A stretch of DNA of 64,000 bases from Vicinamibacteria bacterium (lineage in GTDB: Bacteria > Acidobacteriota > Vicinamibacteria > Marinacidobacterales > Marinacidobacteraceae): positions 2,560,001 through 2,624,000 of the forward strand of contig CAXXLQ010000004.1 of the NCBI GenBank assembly GCA_963668695.2, given 5' to 3'. The position numbers were made by a program, and so were the translations under genes. Below are positions 1-9,370 of the stretch, one piece after another (position 1 is the stretch's first letter; the number at the start of each line of letters is the position of its first letter). Below the pieces are notes generated by a model, which was not told the DNA's origin, searched no databases, and saw nothing but the letters and a program-made list of their open reading frames with translations.

Positions 1-95
1 TCGGTCGAAAGAGCGCTGCTATTCCTCCCTCACGCGCCTTGTCAGCCGGGCGCCTCGCCCGTCTCGGTGCTCGCGCCATACCCCGGACGGACTCC
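1..95. repeat. Right part of family-A MITE-like repeat, truncated by the window edge
   Basis: Shares the core TCGGTCGAAA...TTCCTCCCTCACGCGCCTTGTCAGCCGGGCGCCTC with the copies at 15925-16107 and 24034-24691. Confidence 0.75.
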
Positions 96-97
96 AA

Positions 98-1267
98 ATG
101 AACCTTCACGAGCACCAGGCGAAGGGGCTCCTTGCCGAGTACGGCGTCCCCGTCCCGCGCGGCAAGGTCGCGTTCAGCGTGGACGAAGCGGTCGCCGCCG
201 CCTCGGAACTCGGCCTCCCGGTGGTGGTGAAGGCCCAGATCCACGCCGGCGGCCGGGGAAAGGCCGGAGGAGTGCGCCTCGCCCGGACCGAAGCGGAGGT
301 GCGGGCCGCCGCGGACGCGATCCTCGGCGCCACCCTGGTGACGAAGCAGACCGGGCCCGAGGGCCGGCTCGTGCGGCGGCTCCTGATCGAGGAAGGGGTC
401 GCGATCGCCCGGGAGCTCTACGTCAGCTTCATCATCGACCGCTCGACCGGCCGCCCGATGTGCATCGCGAGCGCCGCCGGGGGAATGGACATCGAGGAAG
501 TGGCGGCCGAGTCGCCCGAGAAGATCCTGACCGTGACCGTGGACCCGGCGATGGGAATGCAGCCCTTCCAGGCGCGCCGCCTGGCGTTCGGGCTGGGGTT
601 CGAGGGGCAGGTCTTCAAGAACGGGACGAAGTTCCTGACGGCGCTCTACCGCGCCTTCGAGGGACTCGACGCCAGCCAGGTCGAGATCAACCCGATGCTG
701 GTGACCGAGGGCGGCGAGGTACTGGCGCTCGACGCCAAGGTCTCGGTGGACGACAGCGCGCTTTTCCGCCAGCCCAGGGTCGCCTCGCTCCGCGACATCC
801 ACGAGGAGTCGCCGCTGGAGGTCGAGGCCAGCAAGTACCGCCTCAGCTACATCAAGCTCGACGGCTCGGTGGGCTGCATGGTGAACGGCGCCGGCCTCGC
901 GATGGCAACCATGGACATCGTGAAGCTGGCCGGCGCGTCGCCCGCGAACTTCCTCGACGTCGGGGGCGGAGCCAGCGCCGAGCAGATCGAAAACGCCTTC
1001 CGCATCCTCTCCTCGGACCCCGCGGTGCGGGTGGTGCTGATCAACATCTTCGGGGGCATCCTGCGCTGTGACCGCCTCGCGGAGGGCCTCATCGCGGCCG
1101 TCCGGAAGCTCGGAGTGAGCCTGCCGGTCGTGATTCGCATGGAAGGCACGAATGGGGAACTCGCCCGCCGGATGCTCGAGGAGTCGGGGCTCGACTTCAC
1201 TACCGCGAACGGCATGCGCGACGCCGCCAACCAGGTCGTCGGAAAGTTGAACCTAAACAGCCCATGA
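98..1267 (+). CDS. sucC: Succinyl-CoA synthetase beta subunit
   Basis: MNLHEHQAK start, [31 protein letters not shown] and NFLDVGGGA motifs; sucD downstream. Confidence 0.98.
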   Translation: MNLHEHQAKGLLAEYGVPVPRGKVAFSVDEAVAAASELGLPVVVKAQIHAGGRGKAGGVRLARTEAEVRAAADAILGATLVTKQTGPEGRLVRRLLIEEGVAIARELYVSFIIDRSTGRPMCIASAAGGMDIEEVAAESPEKILTVTVDPAMGMQPFQARRLAFGLGFEGQVFKNGTKFLTALYRAFEGLDASQVEINPMLVTEGGEVLALDAKVSVDDSALFRQPRVASLRDIHEESPLEVEASKYRLSYIKLDGSVGCMVNGAGLAMATMDIVKLAGASPANFLDVGGGASAEQIENAFRILSSDPAVRVVLINIFGGILRCDRLAEGLIAAVRKLGVSLPVVIRMEGTNGELARRMLEESGLDFTTANGMRDAANQVVGKLNLNSP

Positions 1268-1720
1268 ACAAAGTGAACCGGCATTCCCGAGCCAGAAGGG
1301 ATGGTGGTCGGGTGACCCCGCCCCCCGTCCCTTCCGCTCCGGGGTCTCCGCGGTGCTCGCGCCCCGCTCCGGGGTCTCCGCGGTGCTCGCGCCCCGCTCC
1401 GGAAGCCCGAGCCGGAAGGGATGGTGGTCGGGTAGCCCCGCCCCCCGCCCCTTCCGCTCCGGGGTCTCCGCGGTGCTCGCGCCCCGCTCCGGAAACGAGC
1501 GGCGATGCATCCCGGCTGAACCGCCCCCCCACCGGGAGAACTGGCGCTTTGCTCCGCTCGTCGTTGCGCTTCGGTCGAAATACACTCGGGCCAGTTCTCC
1601 CGGTGGGGGCTCCTCCCTCGCGCGTCTTGTCAGCCGGGCCCCCACCGGGAGGACTGGCCCCACCGGGAGAACTGGGCCTCACCACTCTCGGTGCTCGCCC
1701 CACTTTGCCCACGGACTGTT
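1257..1720. mobile_element. Family-A MITE-like element between sucC and sucD, with internal 30 bp and ~120 bp tandem duplications
   Basis: Ends ACAGCCCATGAACAAAGT...ACTTTGCCCACGGACTGT, preceded by CTAA; conserved family-A core; four copies of the 18-mer. Confidence 0.75.
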
Positions 1721-1730
1721 CGGAGGCCGC

Positions 1731-2606
1731 ATGAGCGTTCTGGTCGGTAACGAGACCCGCCTGCTCGTGCAGGGAATCACCGGGCGCGAAGGAGCGTTCC
1801 ACGCCGCGGCCTGCCGCGACTACGGGACGACGCTGGTCGCGGGAGTCACTCCCGGGAAGGGGGGACAGACCGCCGCGGCAGGCGTGCCGATCTTCGACAC
1901 GGTGGCCGAGGCGGTGGCGGCAACCGGCGCCAACACCTCGTTCGTCGTCGTCCCGCCGGCCTTCGCCGCGGACGCCCTCTCGGAAGCGGCCGACGCCGGA
2001 ATGGATCTGGCGGTAAGCATCACCGAGGGCGTCCCGACCCGGGACATGGTCCGGGTGATGCGCGCCGTCCCGCCGGGCGGCACCCGCATTCTCGGCCCGA
2101 ACTGCCCGGGAGTCATTTCTCCGGGGCGAGCCAAGGTCGGCATCATGCCGGGATTCATCCACCGGGAGGGCCACGTCGGGGTCGTCTCCCGGAGCGGGAC
2201 GCTCACCTACGAGGCGGTGCATCAGCTCAGCCAGCGCGGCATCGGCCAGAGCACCTGCGTCGGGATCGGCGGCGATCCGGTCATCGGCACCTACTTCGTC
2301 GATGTGCTCGAGCTCTTCGCGGCGGATGACGAGACCGAGGCGGTCATCCTGATCGGCGAGATCGGCGGGGGCGCCGAGGAAGAAGCCGCGGAATTCATCC
2401 GGCGCGAACTCGACAAGCCGGTCGTCAGCTTCATCGCCGGCCAGACCGCCCCTCCGGGACGGAGGATGGGTCACGCCGGGGCGATCGTCATGGGCGGCAA
2501 GGGAACCGCCGCGGACAAGATGGAGGCGCTCCGTTCGGCCGGTTGCACGGTCGTCGAGAGCCCCGCCGATCTCGGCGCCGCCATGGAAGCCCGACTTCGC
2601 GCGTAA
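1731..2606 (+). CDS. sucD: Succinyl-CoA synthetase alpha subunit
   Basis: MSVLVG...[21 protein letters not shown] and RMGHAGA (phospho-His) motifs; GGAGG upstream of ATG 1731. Confidence 0.98.
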   Translation: MSVLVGNETRLLVQGITGREGAFHAAACRDYGTTLVAGVTPGKGGQTAAAGVPIFDTVAEAVAATGANTSFVVVPPAFAADALSEAADAGMDLAVSITEGVPTRDMVRVMRAVPPGGTRILGPNCPGVISPGRAKVGIMPGFIHREGHVGVVSRSGTLTYEAVHQLSQRGIGQSTCVGIGGDPVIGTYFVDVLELFAADDETEAVILIGEIGGGAEEEAAEFIRRELDKPVVSFIAGQTAPPGRRMGHAGAIVMGGKGTAADKMEALRSAGCTVVESPADLGAAMEARLRA

Positions 2607-2830
2607 CAGCCCGTGGTGAAAGCACCCCGCACGAGCCCCAGGAGGTCGCGCGCGGCGAATCCGTCGGTTTGTGTGCGTGCGGGGCGCTTTCCCCACGGGT
2701 TGGTGGTGCGAATCGCTGCGCGATTCGCACCACCGTCTTTCGTGGGGAGGGGAAACCCCTCCCCACACCCCACCCCCGCGGCGCTGCGCGCCGCGAATGG
2801 ATGCCTTCCGGGTTTCACCACGAGCTGTTA
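2606..2830. mobile_element. Family-B MITE-like element
   Basis: Inverted ends ACAGCCCGTGGTGAAA / TTTCACCACGAGCTGT between TAA and TAG; internal hairpin GTGGGGAGGGGAAACCCCTCCCCAC shared with copies at 21.3, 27.9 and 43.3 kb. Confidence 0.75.
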
Positions 2831-2853
2831 GCCCCGAGCAGAAAGAGAAGAGC

Positions 2854-3273
2854 ATGAGAACGTTTTCCATCGTGAAACCCGACGCGGTAGCGGCCGGGAA
2901 CACCGGGGCCATCCTGCAGTCGCTGGAAGCGGCCGGTTTCCGGCTGGTCGCCCTGCGCCTCGTCCGGATGACCAAGGCCGAGGCGGAAGGGTTCTACGGC
3001 GTCCACCGCGAGCGGCCGTTCTTCTCGAGCCTCACCGATTTCATGTCCTCGGGCCCGGCGGTCGTCGTGGCTCTCGAGCGGGACGATGCGATCTCCGAAC
3101 TGCGGCGCTTGATGGGCGCCACGAACCCGGCCGACGCGGCTCCCGGCACCATCCGGGCGCGCTTCGCATCCTCCATCGAACGGAATGCGATCCATGGTTC
3201 GGATTCGCCGGAATCGGCCGCCTTCGAACTCGTGTACTTTTTCCCGGAATTGGAGGGTTCTAGCGGGCTCTAG
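2854..3273 (+). CDS. ndk: Nucleoside diphosphate kinase
   Basis: [21 protein letters not shown] and NAIHGSDS motifs. Confidence 0.97.
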   Translation: MRTFSIVKPDAVAAGNTGAILQSLEAAGFRLVALRLVRMTKAEAEGFYGVHRERPFFSSLTDFMSSGPAVVVALERDDAISELRRLMGATNPADAAPGTIRARFASSIERNAIHGSDSPESAAFELVYFFPELEGSSGL

Positions 3274-3418
3274 CGGGCTCTCCGGGTTTCATGGGACCCG
3301 TTGACAGTCCCCCGGCTGCGTGCCAGTGTTGACACGGCACCCCTTCACACGTACACACTCGTTGCCGCTCGGATCGTGGCGTAAAGGTACCGGGGAAGGG
3401 GTGGTACCGTTGGGAGCC

Positions 3419-3703
3419 ATGCCGGAGCAGAGCAACAACATCACGCGAGCCAACGTGATCGCGGTGGTTGCTGCTCTAGGAATTGTCGCTGAGGTCGGCC
3501 GGGAGGTTGAGGCGCATCGCTACGAGGAAGTTCGAACTAGCGGTCATCCCGTCATGGACCAAATCTATGGCGGCGAGGTGCCACCATCGGGGGAGATTTT
3601 CCCTAAACCTGTGTCGGGTTCCGACCCTGTAGACCACGCGGTAAACGCTCGTCCCGCTCGTTGGTCGTTCGCCCGGAAACGAACGGCGATGCATCCCGGC
3701 TGA
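3419..3703 (+). CDS. Orphan small ORF, possibly a fragment; its C-terminus runs into a truncated MITE
   Basis: GGGAG just before ATG 3419; hydrophobic N-terminal stretch VIAVVAALGIV; TTGACA boxes at 3301 and 3329; no recognisable family. Confidence 0.3.
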   Translation: MPEQSNNITRANVIAVVAALGIVAEVGREVEAHRYEEVRTSGHPVMDQIYGGEVPPSGEIFPKPVSGSDPVDHAVNARPARWSFARKRTAMHPG

Positions 3704-3851
3704 ATAGCTCCGCTTCGCGTCGCCCATCGTTGCGCTTCGCTCGAAATACACTCGGGCCAGTTCTCCCGGTGGGGGCTCCTCCCTCGCGCGCCTTGTCAGC
3801 CGGGCGCCTCACCGCTCTCGGTGCTCACCCCACCTTGTCCACGGACTGCTA
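3685..3851. mobile_element. Family-A MITE-like element missing its left end
   Basis: Family-A core and right end CCTTGTCCACGGACTGCTA present; no left inverted repeat. Confidence 0.7.
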
Positions 3852-4466
3852 ACGCTGACGCCGGACGGAGGAAATCGAAACTGGGAAGCATCAAGCCGGA
3901 TCGCTGGATCCGCCGGATGTCGAAAGAGCACCGGCTGATCGATCCGTTCGTGGACCATCAGGTCGGGCAGGGGGTCATCTCCTACGGGCTGTCCGCCTAC
4001 GGCTACGACATCCGCGTCTCCAACGAGTTCAAGATCTTCACGAACGTTCACACCACGATCGTGGACCCGAAGAACTTCGACGAGCGGAGCTTCGTGGACT
4101 ACAAGGGCGAGGTGTGCGTCATCCCGCCCAACTCCTTCGCACTCTCCAACACGATCGAGAACTTCCGGATACCGCGGAACGTCTACGGCATCTGCATCGG
4201 CAAGTCCACCTACGCGCGTTGCGGCATCATCATCAACGTGACCGGGTTCGACGCCGAGTGGGAAGGGAACGCGACGCTCGAGATCTCGAACACGACCCCG
4301 CTTCCGTGCCGCATCTATGCCGGGGAGGGGATCGCGCAGGTGCTCTTCTTCGAGAGCGACGAGGATTGCGAGGTCAGCTACCGGGACAAGAAGGGGAAGT
4401 ACCAGGGGCAGGAACGCATCACCCTGCCCACGATCCTCGGCCGGGGCTCCGGTTCCGGCACGTAGC
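3811..4466 (+). repeat. Direct repeat copy 1 (~655 bp; MITE end plus dcd)
   Basis: Nearly identical to 6589-7244 (offset 2778); I see mismatches only near 3852/3854, 4423 and 4462. Confidence 0.95.
3881..4465 (+). CDS. dcd: dCTP deaminase, copy 1 (probable CTG start)
   Basis: [37 protein letters not shown] and KYQGQ motifs; GGAGG ~10 nt before CTG. Confidence 0.95.
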   Translation: MGSIKPDRWIRRMSKEHRLIDPFVDHQVGQGVISYGLSAYGYDIRVSNEFKIFTNVHTTIVDPKNFDERSFVDYKGEVCVIPPNSFALSNTIENFRIPRNVYGICIGKSTYARCGIIINVTGFDAEWEGNATLEISNTTPLPCRIYAGEGIAQVLFFESDEDCEVSYRDKKGKYQGQERITLPTILGRGSGSGT

Positions 4467-4491
4467 AGCACTGGGCTCGGAATCGAAACCG

Positions 4492-4775
4492 ATGACCACA
4501 ATGAAAATCCGCATCCTCGTCGGTGACGCGCTCGTCCGGCTGCGGGACCTGCCGGATGAGTCCGTGCAGTGCGTGGTCACGTCGCCGCCCTACTGGGGAT
4601 TGCGCGACTATGGCAACGCCAAGTGGGAAGGTGGCGATCCGGAATGCGAACACGAGGGGAAACGGACCATCAGCGGCGGCACGAATCCGGCCGTATCATC
4701 GAAGCAGAACAGCCATCCCGGGTCGCAAGGTGGAGAGATCGGCGACTGCGTGAAGTGCGGAGCCAGGAAGGCGGA
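4492..4775 (+). pseudogene. N-terminal fragment of a phage-type N4/N6 DNA methyltransferase
   Basis: ILVGDALVRLRDLPDESVQCVVTSPPYWGLRDYG (SPPY catalytic motif) plus a Cys-rich insert; no SAM-binding DPFxGSGT part follows. Confidence 0.85.
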
Positions 4776-5202
<427 letters not shown>

Positions 5203-5257
5203 GAATATAGCCGCGTGTAAGCGGTAAGGGGGCGTCGCCTCAACCGAGGAGAACACC

Positions 5258-6236
5258 ATGAGACGAATCATCCTCTCTCTTTTCGCAACGGGCCTGCTCG
5301 CTGCCTGTCCCGGGGATTCCGGGGTCCCTCCCCCGTCCCCGACCACGCCCCTCGCCGGCGAGGCGACGCCCACCGGAGGGGGTGGGAGCGGCCTCTCGAC
5401 CCTGAGCCTCGGGGATCCGAAGATCCTCACGGTGGTCAAGGAGCAGTTCATTCAGACCTTCGGCGACGACTCGTGCTCGGTGCCTGCCGGAGCGGTTGAG
5501 GTCAGCGACCAATGGCTCAGAGTCGGATCCGGGTTGCAGTGCCGCCAGATTGCCTGGACAATCGGAAACTCGGGGGGTAGTTGCGAGGCGGGTTGCAAGG
5601 ACTGGCCAGACCCCACTACCGAGGGAGAAGGCGAAGGCGCCACCACCGAGGAGACTCCAACCACCGAGGTCCCGCCGCCGCCCGTGGAGGACGCTGCCCG
5701 TGGAGGACCTGCCCGTGGAGGACACGCCCGTGGAGGACACGCCCATGGAGGACACGCCCATGGAGGACACGCCCATGGAGGACCTGCCGCCAGTGGACTC
5801 ATGCACGGCTTCCTTCGCGACATATACCCAATCTACGAACGAGGCAATACAAGCGGCGACTTGCGACTCTTTAACCCTTTGCAAGTGGGATGCTGGGAAA
5901 TGTGTAACCTGCCAATCGAAGTTGATTGACGGAGTCGGGACCTGCCTCGACAAGCAGGTGCCTGAAATCGTGCCAGGGACCGTGTCAGGGACCGTGCCTG
6001 AAACCAATAGGTGCGAAAACCCAGACGACGAAAACCTATACAACCCGCCGGGGGGCTTCGTGGCCGGGGTGTGGAGAGACCACGACTCCGTGTGTACAAA
6101 AAGAGTGCGGGGTGGAAAATGTGAGGCTCTTTATTGGGTCGGCGTGGTCGGGGCGAGCTCAGTCGAGGCGTGTTCCGTGCCGCCTAGCTGGTGTAGCGTC
6201 CTCGATCGAGGGGACATCGGACAATGCAAAAGATAG
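5258..6236 (+). pseudogene. Cys-rich lipoprotein with PVED/PMED repeats, frameshifted near 5693
   Basis: GAGGAG RBS; lipobox LLAA-C; one extra G in GAC-G-CTG shifts the PVED repeat from ORF 5258..5929 into ORF 5496..6236. Confidence 0.65.
5681..5787 (+). repeat. 15 bp tandem repeat CCC(G/A)TGGAGGAC(ACG/CTG), about 7 units
   Basis: Directly visible in sequence. Confidence 0.9.
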
Positions 6237-6269
6237 GGCCTAACTCAGTGGTCAGAGTGTCCGCCTGTC
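6234..6269 (+). pseudogene. 5' half of a tRNA-Asp(GTC)-like gene
   Basis: 7-nt acceptor strand, TA, D-arm ACTC-AGTGGTCA-GAGT, anticodon stem TCCGC, CT-GTC; similarity stops right after the anticodon. Confidence 0.65.
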
Positions 6270-6283
6270 TCCGCTCATCACTC

Positions 6284-6330
6284 AGGGCCGTAGCTCAGCC
6301 GGTTAGAGCGCCTGTCCGATAAACAGGAGG
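6284..6330 (+). pseudogene. 5' two-thirds of a tRNA-Ile(GAT)-like gene
   Basis: D-arm GCTC-AGCCGGTTA-GAGC, anticodon arm CCTGT-CCGATAA-ACAGG, then AGG; no T-arm or 3' acceptor strand. Confidence 0.7.
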
Positions 6331-6585
6331 GACGAGGCGACGCACGGGTTCCGTCTGGTCCGGGTTCACGCCATTCTTTACGACATGGACGACAACGAAA
6401 TCCTCAATACGGTAGACACGGCCGACATCGACGAGGGCCTCTGCTCCGTCAACCACACTGTCGACTACACGTTTATCAAGTTCGACCGAACTGACGAAAT
6501 CGGCCGGGTCCTGCTTTTCTTCGCGCCCCGTACGACTCAGAACATCGAGGCGTCGGAGTTCACCTATCGGGTCTTCCCGGAGTGA
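6331..6585 (+). pseudogene. C-terminal fragment of an unknown protein
   Basis: Open, protein-like frame DEATHGFRLVRVHAILYDMDDNE...YRVFPE starts abruptly at the tRNA junction. Confidence 0.4.
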
Positions 6586-6588
6586 CTT

Positions 6589-7244
6589 ACCGCTCTCGGT
6601 GCTCACCCCACCTTGTCCACGGACTGCTAGCTCTGACGCCGGACGGAGGAAATCGAAACTGGGAAGCATCAAGCCGGATCGCTGGATCCGCCGGATGTCG
6701 AAAGAGCACCGGCTGATCGATCCGTTCGTGGACCATCAGGTCGGGCAGGGGGTCATCTCCTACGGGCTGTCCGCCTACGGCTACGACATCCGCGTCTCCA
6801 ACGAGTTCAAGATCTTCACGAACGTTCACACCACGATCGTGGACCCGAAGAACTTCGACGAGCGGAGCTTCGTGGACTACAAGGGCGAGGTGTGCGTCAT
6901 CCCGCCCAACTCCTTCGCACTCTCCAACACGATCGAGAACTTCCGGATACCGCGGAACGTCTACGGCATCTGCATCGGCAAGTCCACCTACGCGCGTTGC
7001 GGCATCATCATCAACGTGACCGGGTTCGACGCCGAGTGGGAAGGGAACGCGACGCTCGAGATCTCGAACACGACCCCGCTTCCGTGCCGCATCTATGCCG
7101 GGGAGGGGATCGCGCAGGTGCTCTTCTTCGAGAGCGACGAGGATTGCGAGGTCAGCTACCGGGACAAGAAGGGGAAGTACCAGGGGCAGGAACGCATCAC
7201 TCTGCCCACGATCCTCGGCCGGGGCTCCGGTTCCGGCACCTAGC
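6589..7244 (+). repeat. Direct repeat copy 2 (MITE end plus dcd)
   Basis: Nearly identical to 3811-4466. Confidence 0.95.
6659..7243 (+). CDS. dcd: dCTP deaminase, copy 2 (protein identical to copy 1)
   Basis: Same translation as 3881..4465; followed directly by the dUTPase gene. Confidence 0.95.
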   Translation: MGSIKPDRWIRRMSKEHRLIDPFVDHQVGQGVISYGLSAYGYDIRVSNEFKIFTNVHTTIVDPKNFDERSFVDYKGEVCVIPPNSFALSNTIENFRIPRNVYGICIGKSTYARCGIIINVTGFDAEWEGNATLEISNTTPLPCRIYAGEGIAQVLFFESDEDCEVSYRDKKGKYQGQERITLPTILGRGSGSGT

Positions 7245-7250
7245 GGCGAC

Positions 7251-7760
7251 GTGGAGCTGATCGCGGGCGCCGCTCTCCGGCGCCGGCTCGCCGACGATCC
7301 GCCGCTTCTCTCCGGCCTGGTGGATCCGGAGGTGCAGATCCAGATGAACGGAGTGGATCTCACCCTCGCCGAGGTGAGTCTCTTCGGGACGGGTCCGGGC
7401 CGGGTGGATTTCGACAACCGCAGCCGCCGCATTCCGGCGCCGGAACCGCTCTCGCCCGACGGCGACGGCGTCTTTCGGCTCCCCGCCGGGCCTTACTGGA
7501 TTCGCTACCACGAAGTGGTGAACATCCCGCCGGACGTTTTCGCCATCGGACGCACCCGGTCGTCGCTGCTCAGAAGCGGAGCGCAGATCGGCACCGCGCT
7601 ATGGGACTCGGGGTACCGAGGACGCAGCGGTTCCCTCCTGACCGTCCACCATCCCGACGGACTGGAACTCATCCGCGACGCCCGCATCCTCCAACTGGTG
7701 TTCTTCCAGTTGGCGGCGCCGGCCGAGCGGACCTACTCGGGCGAGTACCAGAACGAGTAG
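7251..7760 (+). CDS. dut: Trimeric dUTPase, archaeal/Dcd-like type
   Basis: QMNGVDLTL, RSSLLRSG, ALWDSGYRG, RILQLVF and YSGEYQ motifs; GTG start. Confidence 0.8.
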   Translation: MELIAGAALRRRLADDPPLLSGLVDPEVQIQMNGVDLTLAEVSLFGTGPGRVDFDNRSRRIPAPEPLSPDGDGVFRLPAGPYWIRYHEVVNIPPDVFAIGRTRSSLLRSGAQIGTALWDSGYRGRSGSLLTVHHPDGLELIRDARILQLVFFQLAAPAERTYSGEYQNE

Positions 7761-7881
7761 CTCCGGGCGCCCGGCGTAAACAGCAGCCGGACGGTCTTTC
7801 CCCCACCCGCGCGCCCGTCTGCCGGCGTGGCATGGCGGTTGCATTTCGGTAGAGACCGGCCACAATCAGGTCAACAAGTCC

Positions 7882-8925
7882 ATGCATTTCGTCATTCCGA
7901 TCGTTCTTTCCCTGCTGATGGCAGTTCCGGCTCCCGCTCAGCCCCGCTCCGACACGAACCTGCGAGACGAGATCACGTCGGCGATCGAAGAAGCGAATCT
8001 GCCGATCGGCATTTTCGAAGTGGAGGTGCGGGACGGAGTTGCCGTGCTGAGCGGGGAAGTGCTGGACGAGAGCACGCGGACGCGGGTGGTGGAGCTGGCG
8101 CTCTTCGTGGACGGGGTGGTTGCGGTCGAAACGGACATCGCCGTGCTGCAGATGGAAGAGCCGGAGGATGCGGAAGCCGAGGGAATCGCCTCCGAGGCGC
8201 CCGCGGCAGAAGCTGAGGAAGATGCCGCTCGCGCTCCATCGCCCCCGCCGGCCGCGCGGACCGCAACGCGCGCCGATGGGGCCGTGCAGGCCGAGGTGGT
8301 GCGGGAGATCGAGCGGGCGGATCTCGAAGGCGGCGATCCCCGGGTCATCGTGACGGACGGGGTCGTCCGGCTCACCGGGCAGGTCGCGAGCGCGTGGGAG
8401 TGGCGCGACGTCGTCGAGCGCGCCGAATCGGTTTCCGGAGTGCTGGCCGTAGATCCGGATCTCGAGGTCGCCGAGCCGGAGAGCATGGAGGACCTCGTCG
8501 AAGGGGTCCGGCGGGCCGTGCTCCGCTATTCGTACTACACGGTTTTCGACGACATCAACTTCGGGGTGGAAGAGCCGTACGAGATCGTCCTGCTGGGGTC
8601 GGTGACCGAACCGTTCAAGAAGACCGAGCTCGAGAAACGGGTTGCCAAGGTCTTTGGAGTGAAGAGCGTGGACAACCGGATCGAGGTCCTCCCGCTCTCC
8701 CCGAACGATCAGGACCTTCGCCGCGCCCTCTACTACCGGATCTACCGGGACTCCCGCTTCTCGGATCGGGCCAACCGGGTGAATCCCCCGATCCACATCG
8801 TGGTTTCGCGGGGGGTGGTGGCGCTTACCGGAGTGGTCCGGAGCGCGATCGAATCCCGGATTCTCGAGTCCATCGCCCGCAGCACGCCAGGGGTCTTCCG
8901 GGTAATCAACCGCCTCGAACACTGA
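7882..8925 (+). CDS. Secreted multi-BON (OsmY-like) domain protein
   Basis: Signal peptide; repeated V...DGVVxLxG...GVxxVxNxL units. Confidence 0.85.
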   Translation: MHFVIPIVLSLLMAVPAPAQPRSDTNLRDEITSAIEEANLPIGIFEVEVRDGVAVLSGEVLDESTRTRVVELALFVDGVVAVETDIAVLQMEEPEDAEAEGIASEAPAAEAEEDAARAPSPPPAARTATRADGAVQAEVVREIERADLEGGDPRVIVTDGVVRLTGQVASAWEWRDVVERAESVSGVLAVDPDLEVAEPESMEDLVEGVRRAVLRYSYYTVFDDINFGVEEPYEIVLLGSVTEPFKKTELEKRVAKVFGVKSVDNRIEVLPLSPNDQDLRRALYYRIYRDSRFSDRANRVNPPIHIVVSRGVVALTGVVRSAIESRILESIARSTPGVFRVINRLEH

Positions 8926-9338
8926 CAGCCGGTGGATAAAGTGGCGTGAGCGCCGAGGCTGGCGAGGCCCAGTTCTCCCGGTGGGGGTCCGGCTGACAAG
9001 GCGCGCGAGGGAGGAGCCCCCACCGGGAGAACTGGCCCGGGTGTATTTCGACCGAAACGCAACGATGAGCGCCGCGAAGCGACGCGGTTCAGCCGGGATG
9101 GATCGCCGGCCGAACGCCGCGTGGGTTTCATCACCGGTTGTTTGGCCGGGATGGATCGCCGGCCGAGCCCCCACCGGGAGAACTGGGCCACGCGGGTTTC
9201 ATTACAGGCTGTTTGGCCGGGATGGATCGCCGGCCGAGCCCCCACCGGGAGAACTGGGCCGCGCGGGTTTCATTACAGGCTGTTCAGCCGGGATGGATCG
9301 CCGCTCGAACGCCGCGTGACTTTGTCCACAGGCTGTTA
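8925..9338. mobile_element. Family-A MITE-like element with internal ~72 bp duplication
   Basis: Ends ACAGCCGGTGGATAAAGT / ACTTTGTCCACAGGCTGT; abuts the BON gene stop codon. Confidence 0.8.
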
Positions 9339-9370
9339 CTTGGGCGGCCCCGGGGCCGCCCCGGCGAGCG

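Noticed and set aside
6234-6375. Intact tRNA genes
   Set aside because: Neither has a T-arm or a 3' acceptor strand pairing with its 5' end.
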